DNA of 53,308 nt from Ferruginibacter sp. (GTDB lineage: Bacteria; Bacteroidota; Bacteroidia; Chitinophagales; Chitinophagaceae). A program made the position numbers and the translations under genes. Under the pieces are notes generated by a model that saw only the letters and a list, made by a program, of their open reading frames with translations, searched no databases and had not been told where the DNA came from. Location: contig JACMPR010000160.1 in assembly GCA_014377385.1 (NCBI GenBank), forward strand, positions 1 through 53,308. The letters run 5' to 3'. Below, in pieces: positions 1-10,400 of the stretch. Numbering within the stretch: the first letter of the stretch is position 1; each line of letters starts with the position of its first letter.

Positions 1-1
1 A

Positions 2-748
2 TTTCATACTGCTATGCCACGTGTTGCAAAACTATTACCCATACCCGCAAAATATTTTTCAATGGGTATTCAGCGATATGGTTTTCATGGACTGTCTTAC
101 GCATACCTGATGCAGGAGCTTAACGACATTGCCGGCTACCAAACTGCCAAGGGTAAAATAATATTGGCACACCTCGGTAATGGGGCAAGCCTTGCAGCGG
201 TAAAGGAAGGTAAATGTATTGACACCAGCATGGGTTTTACACCGGCATCAGGATTGGTAATGGGGACACGTACCGGCGACCTGGACCCGGGTGTTGCCTG
301 GTATTTAATGCAGGTTGAAAAATTAACACCGCAACAGTTTAATAATTTAATAAATCATAAGTCTGGTTTATTGGGCATATCGGAAACAAGTTCCGACATG
401 AGGCAAATAATTAAAAGTAAAAATTCAGATCCCCGTGCTGCCGATGCTTTTAATTTATTTTGTTATCAAGCCAAAAAATATATTGGTGCCTATGCCGCCG
501 TGCTTGGAGGCTTAGATACCTTAATATTTTCAGGTGGTATTGGTGAGCATGCGCCGGAAGTTCGTGACCGTATATGCCGTGGCCTTGAATTTTTGGGAAT
601 TGAACTGGATGAAGCAAGAAATTTAAAAAACGAAACAATCATTTCTACGGACGCAAGCAAAGTATGCGTTCGTGTAATAAAAACCAATGAGGAATTAATG
701 ATAGCAAGATTGGTTTGCCATGTTTTGAATTATCCCATAAAAAATTAA
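2..748 (+). CDS. ackA: Acetate kinase (5'-truncated by window edge)
   Basis: Frame is open from base 2 (FHTAMP). Contains RYGFHGLSY, HLGNGASLAAV, DTSMGFTP, MGTRTGDLDP, FSGGIGE and TNEELMIA acetate kinase motifs; abuts xfp. Confidence 0.96.
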   Translation, partial: FHTAMPRVAKLLPIPAKYFSMGIQRYGFHGLSYAYLMQELNDIAGYQTAKGKIILAHLGNGASLAAVKEGKCIDTSMGFTPASGLVMGTRTGDLDPGVAWYLMQVEKLTPQQFNNLINHKSGLLGISETSSDMRQIIKSKNSDPRAADAFNLFCYQAKKYIGAYAAVLGGLDTLIFSGGIGEHAPEVRDRICRGLEFLGIELDEARNLKNETIISTDASKVCVRVIKTNEELMIARLVCHVLNYPIKN

Positions 749-3157
749 ATGATGCAAACAAAAAATATTATACCTGAAACAAAAACCTTACCACCTGAAT
801 TAGTTCAAAAGATGAATGCTTACTGGCGTGCAGCTAATTATTTATCTGTAGGACAAATATATCTCTATGATAATCCTCTTCTTAAAACGCCCTTGACACT
901 GGAACATATAAAACCCCGTTTATTGGGACATTGGGGTACTACCCCTGGCTTGAACTTTATATATGTACATCTCAACCGGGTCATAAAAAAATACAATTTG
1001 AATGTGATCTATGTCACTGGCCCGGGGCATGGCGGACCAGGACTGGTAGCTAACACTTATCTGGAGGGAACTTACAGCGAATTTTATCCCGACATAACAG
1101 AAGATGAAGAGGGATTAAAAAAATTATTCAAACAGTTTTCTTTTCCCGGAGGCATCCCCAGCCATGTTGCGCCGGAAACACCAGGCTCCATTCATGAAGG
1201 CGGCGAATTGGGCTATTCGTTGGTGCATGCTTACGGTGCGGTGTTTGATAATCCTAACTTGATTGTAGCCTGTGTGGTTGGTGATGGAGAAGCAGAATCG
1301 GGCGCATTGGCTGCAAGCTGGCATAGCAACAAATTTTTAAATCCTGTACATGATGGCGCTGTATTGCCCATTTTACATTTGAATGGGTATAAAATTGCTA
1401 ACCCAACTATACTTTCAAGAATACCGAGAGAAGAATTAGAGCAACTTTTTAAAGGCTATGGTTACAAGCCCTATTTTGTAGAAGGAGATTTACCGGAAGA
1501 AGTACATGAATTATTGGCAACAACGCTGGACGTAATTATTGAAGAGATACAACAGATACAAAACGAAGCACGTACAAACGGTTTTATAAAACGGCCTCAA
1601 TGGCCCATGATTATTTTTGTTACCCCAAAAGGATGGACCGGGCCTAAAGAAGTGGATGGTATTAAAATAGAAGGCACGTGGCGCTCGCACCAGGTGCCGC
1701 TTTCTGCATTGGCCGAAAAACCAGCACATGTGCAACTGCTGGAAGAATGGATGAAGAGTTATAAACCAGAAGAACTCTTTGACGAGCAGGGAAAATTAAT
1801 AGCAGCGTTAGCAGCACTTGCGCCAGAAGGCATAAATCGCATGGGTGCTAATCCACATGCAAATGCTGGCATTCTTTTGAAGGATCTAAAAATGCCGGAT
1901 TTTAGAAAAAATGGAATTGAAGTATTGAAACCCGGCGCAACAAAAGCAGAAGCCACAAAAATAATGGGGGCTCTTTTAAGAGATACCATGAAGTTGAATT
2001 GGGACAAAAGAAATTTCAGGATTTTTGGCCCCGATGAAACAGCTTCTAACCGCCTCACCAGTTTATTTGATATAACGGAACGTACATCAACTGCCGAAAT
2101 TTATAAAAGTGATGATCATATTTCTGCTGATGGCAGGGTGATGGAAGTATTGAGCGAACATCTTTGCCAGGGATGGCTGGAAGGATATTTACTAACAGGA
2201 AGGCATGGGCTGTTTTCCTGCTATGAAGCATTTATTCATATTGTTGACTCGATGTTTAATCAACACGCCAAGTGGTTGCAGGTTTCCGGTAAAATACCGT
2301 GGCGCAGGCCGATTGCTTCGCTGAATTATTTACTTACTTCACATGTTTGGAGGCAAGACCATAATGGAAACAGTCACCAGGATCCGGGCTTCCTTGATAT
2401 AGTTGCCAATAAAAGTGCAGACATTATCCGCATCTATCTTCCACCAGATGCCAATACATTGCTGTCTGTAACGGACCACTGTTTACGAAGCCGCAATTAT
2501 ATTAATGTTATCGTGGCCGGTAAGCAGCCGGAAATGCAATGGTTGGATATGGATGCTGCCGTTAAACATTGCACAGCGGGCCTGGGCATTTGGGAATGGG
2601 CAAGCAATGATGAAGGCAGTGAACCGGATGTGGTGATGGCCTGCGCAGGTGATGTGCCAACGCTGGAAACAATTGCGGCTGTACAAATCCTTAGAGAACA
2701 TTTGCCTGAGATAAAAGTCCGTGTGATTAATGTAGTTGACCTAATGGCACTACAACCAAAAAGTGAACACCCTCATGGGTTGAACGATAAAGATTTTGAT
2801 ATGCTGTTCACCACAAACAAACCCATCATTTTTGCTTTTCATGGGTATCCTTTATTAATCCACCGCCTCACTTATAGAAGAACAAATCATGGTAACCTGC
2901 ATGTGCGTGGCTATAAAGGAGAAGGCACTACGACAACAGCTTTCGATATGGTGGTGCTGAATGATTTGGACAGGTTTCATTTAGTGGGTGATGTTATAGA
3001 CCGATTGCCAGGCTTGGGTTCTAAAGCTGCATACACCAAACAGTGGCTCCAAAATAAATTGCTCGACCATAAAGCTTACATCTCTATTAAAGGTGAAGAT
3101 ATGCCCGAGATATTAAATTGGAAATGGAATGCAGCAACCGTTCACAAAACTCTTTAA
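749..3157 (+). CDS. xfp: Xylulose-5-phosphate/fructose-6-phosphate phosphoketolase
   Basis: 802 aa with [26 protein letters not shown]-binding GDGEAE...[22 protein letters not shown] and WRQDHNG motifs. Confidence 0.97.
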   Translation: MMQTKNIIPETKTLPPELVQKMNAYWRAANYLSVGQIYLYDNPLLKTPLTLEHIKPRLLGHWGTTPGLNFIYVHLNRVIKKYNLNVIYVTGPGHGGPGLVANTYLEGTYSEFYPDITEDEEGLKKLFKQFSFPGGIPSHVAPETPGSIHEGGELGYSLVHAYGAVFDNPNLIVACVVGDGEAESGALAASWHSNKFLNPVHDGAVLPILHLNGYKIANPTILSRIPREELEQLFKGYGYKPYFVEGDLPEEVHELLATTLDVIIEEIQQIQNEARTNGFIKRPQWPMIIFVTPKGWTGPKEVDGIKIEGTWRSHQVPLSALAEKPAHVQLLEEWMKSYKPEELFDEQGKLIAALAALAPEGINRMGANPHANAGILLKDLKMPDFRKNGIEVLKPGATKAEATKIMGALLRDTMKLNWDKRNFRIFGPDETASNRLTSLFDITERTSTAEIYKSDDHISADGRVMEVLSEHLCQGWLEGYLLTGRHGLFSCYEAFIHIVDSMFNQHAKWLQVSGKIPWRRPIASLNYLLTSHVWRQDHNGNSHQDPGFLDIVANKSADIIRIYLPPDANTLLSVTDHCLRSRNYINVIVAGKQPEMQWLDMDAAVKHCTAGLGIWEWASNDEGSEPDVVMACAGDVPTLETIAAVQILREHLPEIKVRVINVVDLMALQPKSEHPHGLNDKDFDMLFTTNKPIIFAFHGYPLLIHRLTYRRTNHGNLHVRGYKGEGTTTTAFDMVVLNDLDRFHLVGDVIDRLPGLGSKAAYTKQWLQNKLLDHKAYISIKGEDMPEILNWKWNAATVHKTL

Positions 3158-3481
3158 ATTTGGCAGCCCATATTATTCGAAATTATAATCAATTAGCCTG
3201 GGAGCGCTACCTCTTAAGTTCATTTATACCTTTTTAAAGAAACTGATCATCTTGTACAGTATTAGTTTTTTTGAGATCACTACCCAGACATGTTAAAATA
3301 AACTTTTTAAAAGAAGCGTCTTTTCTTATAAAACTTTTTCAGTAAGCCTTTCCAATTTTGGTACTACGCCGTGGATAAGGGTAAATCCACTACGGTGCGT
3401 GTTGTTTTAATCGTTGGATCCAGAGAAAAGCCCGCCCAAATAAACCTACCTGTGATCGTGAGCCTTTTCCGGTTCCACCCC

Positions 3482-3584
3482 GGAGTAACCTGGAGGTAAC
3501 TACGAGGGAGCTTGCAAGGAACCTGCAAGATTACTCCCTACAGCTTCCCTGTAACATCCCTATAGCTTCCCTAAAGTATCCCTG
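3482..3584. repeat. Degenerate 11-bp tandem repeat array in two opposed arms
   Basis: TCCCT occurs at 3535, 3546, 3557, 3568 and 3579 (exact 11-bp period). The left arm units ggagtaacctg/gaggtaactac/gagggagcttg/caaggaacctg also have period 11 and are purine-rich. Confidence 0.85.
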
Positions 3585-3818
3585 ATGGTTTTACTTGAAT
3601 GATAACCCTTTTTTTAATTAGACGGAACTCCCGGGGAATTTTGAGTTTTGTTGTTGGTGCTTATTTATAGCTGTGGAGATTATTGAAAAAATAATCAGGG
3701 GTGCATGCAACGCTTTGCATCTTTTTTGCATTTATGTAAATGACAGGCAATTTCGTTTAGGTAGATTGTATAATAGCAACTACGATCCGATCTTTTAAAT
3801 TTATCATTTAAAAATAAG

Positions 3819-4544
3819 ATGATGGCAAAAATAGTTCCTTCCAATATTAATTTTTCCGGCAACCTCTTCGAATTGAATTTTGTCAATAGCAGGAACGGGA
3901 AATACGTAAGGCGAAAGAGGGGTACGGTAACAGTGGCAAAGATCAATGCGAGCCTGCGTAAAAATGCTGCCAGAACAAAAATAGTCAACCGCAGCTTTGT
4001 TCCCATTCATGCCGCAATGAAATATTATGCAGGATTTTTTAAAGATGGCGATTTTTGCAGGGATATGCGAAGGAGACTGATGAAATGTTCAGATGACCTT
4101 TTACTAACGCATTTGAAAAGCCTGCAAAAACTTGAACTGAATAAACTTCACCGGATGGAATGGCATGTTAATCTGCCCACCTGTAACCTACAATCAAAAA
4201 AAGATTATGTGGCTGTAAATATGCAATTTAAAAACCATCCAAAATTCAAAAACTCCCGTAATAATTCTTACTGCTATGAAGCGGTCCTATTGCTGTGGGA
4301 TAACAAAACCAAAGAGCCGGTAAAACATAGTATCGAAACAGAATGGGTAAATTTCGATGACGAAGTTCCTCATTATGATTTTATTTTTAAACGAATGCCC
4401 AAACACAATCATTACCTGCTGATTTTAAAATTACTGGGTGGTATCAATAAAATATCGGAACAGATGATGGCGGATAAAGCAATGATCATATTGGAGGGCG
4501 GTAAAGTCACCGATAAAACTACAGCACGAAACAATCAGGGTTAA
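3819..4544 (+). CDS. Hypothetical basic protein resembling an uncharacterised Bacteroidota family (possibly DUF6266-like)
   Basis: 241-aa ORF with AT-rich leader. N-terminus FSGNLFELNFVNSRNGKYVRRKRG resembles the recalled family pattern G.igg..FY...g.y..R.k; C-terminus KAMIILEG; 20 K/R versus 4 D/E in the first 90 aa. Confidence 0.75.
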   Translation: MMAKIVPSNINFSGNLFELNFVNSRNGKYVRRKRGTVTVAKINASLRKNAARTKIVNRSFVPIHAAMKYYAGFFKDGDFCRDMRRRLMKCSDDLLLTHLKSLQKLELNKLHRMEWHVNLPTCNLQSKKDYVAVNMQFKNHPKFKNSRNNSYCYEAVLLLWDNKTKEPVKHSIETEWVNFDDEVPHYDFIFKRMPKHNHYLLILKLLGGINKISEQMMADKAMIILEGGKVTDKTTARNNQG

Positions 4545-4905
4545 GCCACAGGTTTAAAAAATAAGGATACAATGCTTTACGTAAATTCAGTAGTATCCAC
4601 TTTCCCTTTTTGATATTTTAAACACAACAGATCAGTTATGCTATACCGTTATCCGCTTTCTTTCGGGAGGGATTTCTTTCGACGCAGGTTAACCACCGAA
4701 ATGTATATGCTTCATATTTATCAAATAATCCACCCCGGTTCTGCCACAAAGTGGAATTTAAAAACAGATTCCATTTTCCGTGATTGCCGATCGTTGTAAC
4801 AGCTGTAACAGTGTTTATTCATACTATTATCAAACTATTAATTATGTTCCTTATCAGGCTTAATTACCGGCATTATTTTAGAGCGATTCCCGTCAAAGTT
4901 GAATC

Positions 4906-5370
4906 ATGATGATAAAAAGTGAACATCCTTCCATGAAGAACTTAGCAAGGCTAGCGAAACTGATGGATTCTCAATTCACTATTCCGGGAACCAATATAAA
5001 ATTTGGATTGGATGCTTTAATAGGGCTTGTGCCTGGCGTTGGAGATTTTGCAACATTTTTAATTTCCGGAATGATGTTATCCGTTCTGGCAAAAAATGGC
5101 GCAAGTGGCTTTGTGCTGGCAAGAATGACATTCAATATATTATTAGACGCATTGGTTGGTTCAATTCCGATTTTAGGCGACCTGTTCGATGTTGGATTCA
5201 AAGCAAATGAAAGAAATTTGAAACTCATGCGGGAGCATTATTTGGAAGGTCGGCACAGGGGTAGTGCATTAAAGGTTATTATTCCGATATTACTTCTGTT
5301 GCTTGTCGTCGTGGGTTTTATTGCGTGGCTTAGTTACAAACTGGTTGCCTGGTTGATACATTCATTTTAA
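4906..5370 (+). CDS. DUF4112 family membrane protein
   Basis: LAKLMDSQFTIPGT..FGLDALIGLVPGVGD and IPILGDLFD..FKANERN motifs; C-terminal TM helix. Confidence 0.9.
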   Translation: MMIKSEHPSMKNLARLAKLMDSQFTIPGTNIKFGLDALIGLVPGVGDFATFLISGMMLSVLAKNGASGFVLARMTFNILLDALVGSIPILGDLFDVGFKANERNLKLMREHYLEGRHRGSALKVIIPILLLLLVVVGFIAWLSYKLVAWLIHSF

Positions 5371-5438
5371 TCCTGTCGCCTGGATAATCGGGAAACTGTG
5401 TTGTATAATTTTTTGTTCACCGTGGGACATGTAAACCT

Positions 5439-6055
5439 CTACTTAATCGTTGCTGCCACCTCATTATCAGAAAGCCGTTGATTGATGAACAAGGAATGTA
5501 CTTTGGTAAGGGGGTTGTAACTTTTAGAAATTTCAATACCCCGGAATTGCTTTTCAGAATCTGAATAAATAATAGAAATCATTTTTCCCTGTCTTTCTGC
5601 CAGGTTTAGCCTTGCTTTACTCCGTTGCTTTCGACGGGATCCTTTCCTGAATTCTTTAACAGCCAAATTATACAAGCTGCTAATGATGGAATTGTCTGAG
5701 CTGAAATGCGAAACTTGTAAAATTTTGATGTATCCTTTGTATTTCAAGTTATCACTTTCATTTGATTTTCCGGCGGTCAAAACAATGTTTGATGAGTCAG
5801 GTATATATGTGTCAAACACGGTAGGTTTACTAAGTTTTCCAAAGAAAATATAGGCGCTGTCTTTTGGATTTGTACGCGGAATTTTCATTTTGGAATATTT
5901 AAAATTCGAGCATCTGAATCCAGTAACACCTGGATAACCTTTGGTTGTTGCTGGAGGGATACACCAAAAAACCAGCTGCGTTCGGCGATATCCAGTTGTG
6001 CAAAAAGCTGCGTTGTTGTAAGCGTAAAAGTTACAATTGAAAGCAATCTTTTCAT
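5439..6055 (-). pseudogene. Frameshifted gene for a secreted hypothetical protein
   Basis: ATG at 6055 gives MKRLLSIVTFTLTTTQLFAQ... (signal peptide) and stops at 5885 after 56 aa. The -1 frame continues open to 5439. The listed 247-aa ORF has an implausible N-terminus. Confidence 0.65.
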
Positions 6056-6174
6056 GCAATGAATTTTTGAAAGGAGTAAATATGCTTTGGTTGATTTTAA
6101 ATTGCTGTTTTGAGGGCCAGTGCCTGATCAAAATTATTAAAATTCTACACAACCCTTTCTGGTCGTGAGTTATA

Positions 6175-6218
6175 AGCCCCATCTCCTTTGGAGAGGAGGC
6201 TCGGCGAGGGGGTGGGCC
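6175..6218. repeat. Degenerate CCCCTCTCC...GGAGAGGGG-type palindromic repeat
   Basis: gccccatctcctttggagaggaggctcggcgagggggtgggcc, with a tctcc-ttt-ggaga hairpin followed by a G-rich tail. Confidence 0.55.
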
Positions 6219-6339
6219 AAATAAGGCTGGAAAAAAATAACCCGAACAATAGCATAAAAACTTTCATTGGAAGGGCTACTGGTGGTTTATTTATTTCTTA
6301 AAATACGTCGCTGCCGAATTTCTGAATTCCGGCATTACT

Positions 6340-6624
6340 TTAAAGAAACTTCTCAATCTCACCCGCCATATCGACGTCTTTTTGCGTAAGGCCACCGGCA
6401 TCATGGGTGCTTAACCTGAGTTTAACTTTGTTATATACGCCCGACCACTCAGCATGGTGATTTGATTTTTCAGAAAGCAGGGCAACTTTTGTAAGAAAAG
6501 CAAATGCTTCACTAAAATCTTTAAAAAGAAAATCTTTTTCAATGCCGTCTTTTTTAAATTTCCAACCGGTAAGGTCTTTGATCCTGGCACTGATGCTGTT
6601 TGCCGGTATTTTTTTTTCCTTCAT
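6340..6624 (-). CDS. phhB: Pterin-4-alpha-carbinolamine dehydratase
   Basis: 94 aa with F.DF.EAFAF, NHHAEW, YNKV.L.LSTHDAGGLT.KD motifs. Confidence 0.93.
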   Translation of the reverse strand: MKEKKIPANSISARIKDLTGWKFKKDGIEKDFLFKDFSEAFAFLTKVALLSEKSNHHAEWSGVYNKVKLRLSTHDAGGLTQKDVDMAGEIEKFL

Positions 6625-6680
6625 AGCGATGATAAATTTATTGGTACCAATTTGAAATTAATAGTTGTCTACTTGACTGT

Positions 6681-7114
6681 TGTCATGCCGAACCCGTTGA
6701 TGGCGATTATTCTCACCAGGCCGGCTTTTACAAGTTCAGCCGGACAACTTTTATTGTGATTCAATTTAACCTATTAAACCGGCTTCAACAGGCTCTCTCT
6801 TATATTTTTTTCATTTTTCAATTTCAATCTGTATCTGGTTTATGAAGATCAGGTTAATTGTCGTAATTCGGATGTCATCCTGATGTCATCGTGAACCTGT
6901 CTAAGGGCTGTTGCAGGCGATCTTCCTTTTTAAACCGGCTTCGACAAGATGCTGATGACACCTGATGCAAAAAAATAACAACCCTTTGTAATACCGTTTT
7001 TTTTCATGGCATCATTTGTAAAGAGCGTAAACTTTTTATGAGTGACTCAGCCTGACAGCTTTTGCAGCGGTACATTTTAAATTATTAAGCCTGTCTCAAT
7101 AAGCTTAGCCAGAC
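6681..7114. repeat. Cluster of degenerate TGTCA/CGTC-type palindromic repeats
   Basis: Paired arms at 6681-6746 and 6884-6960 (tgtcatc...gatgaca). Right-arm fragments at 6779-6795, 7046-7057 and 7096-7114 resemble ccggcttcgacaagctcagcctgaca. Confidence 0.65.
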
Positions 7115-7411
7115 TACGTTTTTGATGGATTGTTAAACAAGTTTGCTGCTCAATACCCGTTTAAGCATTTCCTGGATTTAAGTGCGAAATATGTTATTTT
7201 ATTATAAAATGTTGCTTAAAAATAATACATTCGTGTACGTGAGGAAGATGAGTCAGCCAATTTTCGATAGACGACAATCCTATTAAAGCACAGTTTTTAG
7301 TCATTCAATTGTTTAAACCCTCCATTAAACATGTATTTTTTACTGTACTGCCTTCGGCGGCTCAGTTTCTATCAATATCAAAACCTGTTTAACATTTTAT
7401 ATTTTAAATTT

Positions 7412-10400
7412 ATGAAAAAACATCTACTGCTTTTTTTTGCACTCATCTACTGCATCACCGGTATAGCCCAATTCAATAAAGAAGAAAATCAACTTGCGCT
7501 CGCTCTTGTAAAGGCAAATAGTAAAGCATTGAGCTTGTCTGATAAAGACATGGACAACCTGCTTGTTTCTTCCACGTACCAAACAACGACCGATCGTATA
7601 CGGATGGTTTATCTGCAGCAAACGTTTAAAGGAATTCCTGTATTCAACCAGATGCAGGTGCTGGCTTTTAAAAACAGCGAGCTTGTCTCTGCCAGTGGTG
7701 GACGTATAACAGGTATTGAACAGCTGGTAAACAATCCTGCTGCAGCACCAAAAGTTATGGCCAGAGATGCGGTAATAGCCGCTATCCGGAACCGTGACCT
7801 ACCGGTCCCGGTGGTAATCACAGCACTTCAACAAAAAGAAGGTAAAACGGTATTTGGCAGACTGGGAATAGCACTTCAGGACATCACCGCAGAACTGGTT
7901 TGGCTTCCTGTTAACAGCAAAGAAGTACGCCTGGCCTGGGAAATAGAGCTGGTGCCGCAAAAATCTGCCGACCACTGGATGATCAGGGTAGATGCCGCAA
8001 ACAGCGTAATACTCGATAAAAACAACCTGACCGTTTATGAGCATTTGCCCGAAACGGTTAATAATATTTCTATAACCCCTGCAGGCAGCAATGGCAATGA
8101 CATCAACGGGTCAACCGGAAATATTCCCAATAGCCCGTTGGTTGTAAATGCCGCTACTTACCGCGTGGTACCTTACCCGGCGGAGAGCCCGATTCACGCT
8201 GGCGGAACAGCTGCATTGGTTACCGATCCGTGGAATCTGTCTGCCGGAAACGCAGTGTCTTTGAAATGGCACTTTGATGGAACAACCTATCACGACAGCA
8301 CCAGGGGAAACAACGTTTGGGCGCAGGAAGACAGGGATAATAACAACAACACATTTGGAAAGACGGCCATATCAACCACAGCTCAACCTACGCTCAGTTT
8401 TGATTTTGTGCCCAATTTCACACTGGCACCAACCGTTACAGTGAACCAGCAATTTGCCACAACCAATCTTTTTTACTGGAATAATATTATGCATGATATA
8501 TCTTATTTATATGGATTTGATGAACCTTCAGGTAATTTCCAGGCCAGCAACCAGGGAAGGGGAGGCGCTGGAAATGATTATGTGATCGCAGATGCCCAGG
8601 ATGCAGGCGGAACAAGCAATGCCAATTTTTCTACGCCGGTGGATGGCTCGAGACCAAGAATGCAGATGTATTTATTTACAGGCACTACGCCTAACCGTGA
8701 TGGTGATCTGGATAATGGAGTGGTTAATCATGAGTATACGCACGGTATCAGTAACCGCCTTACCGGCGGACCGGCGAATTCTTCCTGTTTGGCCAATGCT
8801 GAGCAGGGTGGAGAGGGATGGAGCGACTATTTCGCACTAATGACAACAACGAATTGGGCAACTGCACAGGTTACAGATGGCGCATTGTCCCGGCCACTTG
8901 GGACTTATGTATTAGGGCAGCCGGTAACTGGGGCGGGTATACGCACTTATCCCTATTCAACAAATCTGTCGGTAAATCCGTGGACCTATGCTTCCATGGC
9001 TGGTTCCGGAGGTGAGGTGCATGTTATCGGTGAGATCTGGTGTGCAGCTTTGTGGGATATGACATGGGAGATGATTGCCCAGGATGGCATCAACCCCAAC
9101 TTATTTAACGCAACTGCAACAGGTGGTAATACGGCCGCAATGAAACTTGTAATGGAAGGGATGCGCCTTCAACCTTGCAGCCCCGGTTATATTGATGCAA
9201 GAAATGCGATCCTCAAAGCAGATACGCTGTTCTTTGCAGCTAAATACAGCTGTTCAATCTGGAAAGCGTTTGCAAAAAGAGGGATGGGCAAATTTGCCTC
9301 ACAAGGTTCGTCCAACAGCACCACCGACCAGGTTGCCAGCTTTGTTGACAACAGTGGCCTTGGACTGCTCCTAACCCAAAACGTTACATCTCAACAGGAA
9401 GGATTGAATGTTACCTATACCAATCACGTAAGCGCGGGCACCTGCGGTTCCCTTAGCAATTACGTGCTCACAGATACCCTGCCTGCCAACGTTACGTACC
9501 TTAGCGGGGGTGCTTACAATGCAGGAACAAGAGTAGTAAGCTTTCCGGTAAACATTGCACAGGGAGGAAGCCAGGACTATGCATTTACCGTTACAATAAA
9601 TACCGGCAGCTACTTTTCCCCGGTATCACTTATAAACGAACAGGTAACCGGAACCGCGGGCACCATTCCCCCGGGATGGACAGCAGCTTCCACTACAACA
9701 AGCGTTTGGACGACACACAATACGAGGAGCAACAGCGCTCCTAATTCTTTTTTCACATCAAATAGAACCACGGTTTCCGATCAAACACTTGCAACAACAG
9801 GTTCGTTTGCCCTGGGAACCACACCCCCAAATTTAAGTTTTTGGCATTGGTATAATGCGGAACCAGCATGGGACGGCGGAGTCGTGGAAATAAGCACCAA
9901 TGGCGGTACTATCTGGTCAGACCTCGGGCCAAAGATAATTTCCGGAAATTACAATGGGTCACTCAGTTCAAGCACAAATCCCCTTTCCGGAAGATTAGCG
10001 TTTACGGGCAACAGTGGTGCCTTTGTTAAAACAGTGGTTGACCTTTCGTCGTATGCAAATCAGAATGCAAAATTCCGTTTTCGGTTTGGATCAGATGGAA
10101 GCGTAGCAGCTATAGGTTGGAATGTTGATGATATCCTGCTGCAAAGTACCGCCATTGTAAATATGCGGTCAAATTTATATAACGGTCTGAATGTGAAGGT
10201 TAGTATCAGTGATACGATCACCAATATCCTGCCGTCTTCCTGTATTACAGGAACAATTACAACCCAACCTTCAGGGGCATCTGTTTGTGCTGGGGCAAAT
10301 GCGGCTTTAGATATTGTAGCCTCAGGCTCCTCCTTATCTTACCAGTGGCAACTGAGCACAGACGGTGGCAGCAGTTATTCAAATATTGCAGCTGAAACAA

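Noticed and set aside
3482-3584. CRISPR or TIGR-type guide array
   Set aside because: Units are only 11 bp with no long repeat-spacer structure, and no cas or Nop-domain gene is recognisable nearby.
3695-4010. Minus-strand ORFs of 103 and 68 aa
   Set aside because: Antisense shadows of the 241-aa ORF with no recognisable motifs.
6056-6182. N-terminal part of the listed 247-aa ORF
   Set aside because: It starts inside a repeat remnant and looks non-coding; a signal-peptide start in another frame at 6055 is more credible.
7331-7411. First 27 codons of the M36 ORF and an apparent UUCG tetraloop at 7348-7360
   Set aside because: The signal peptide begins at 7412. The hairpin pairs only as a weak triloop stem, not a C(UUCG)G loop.
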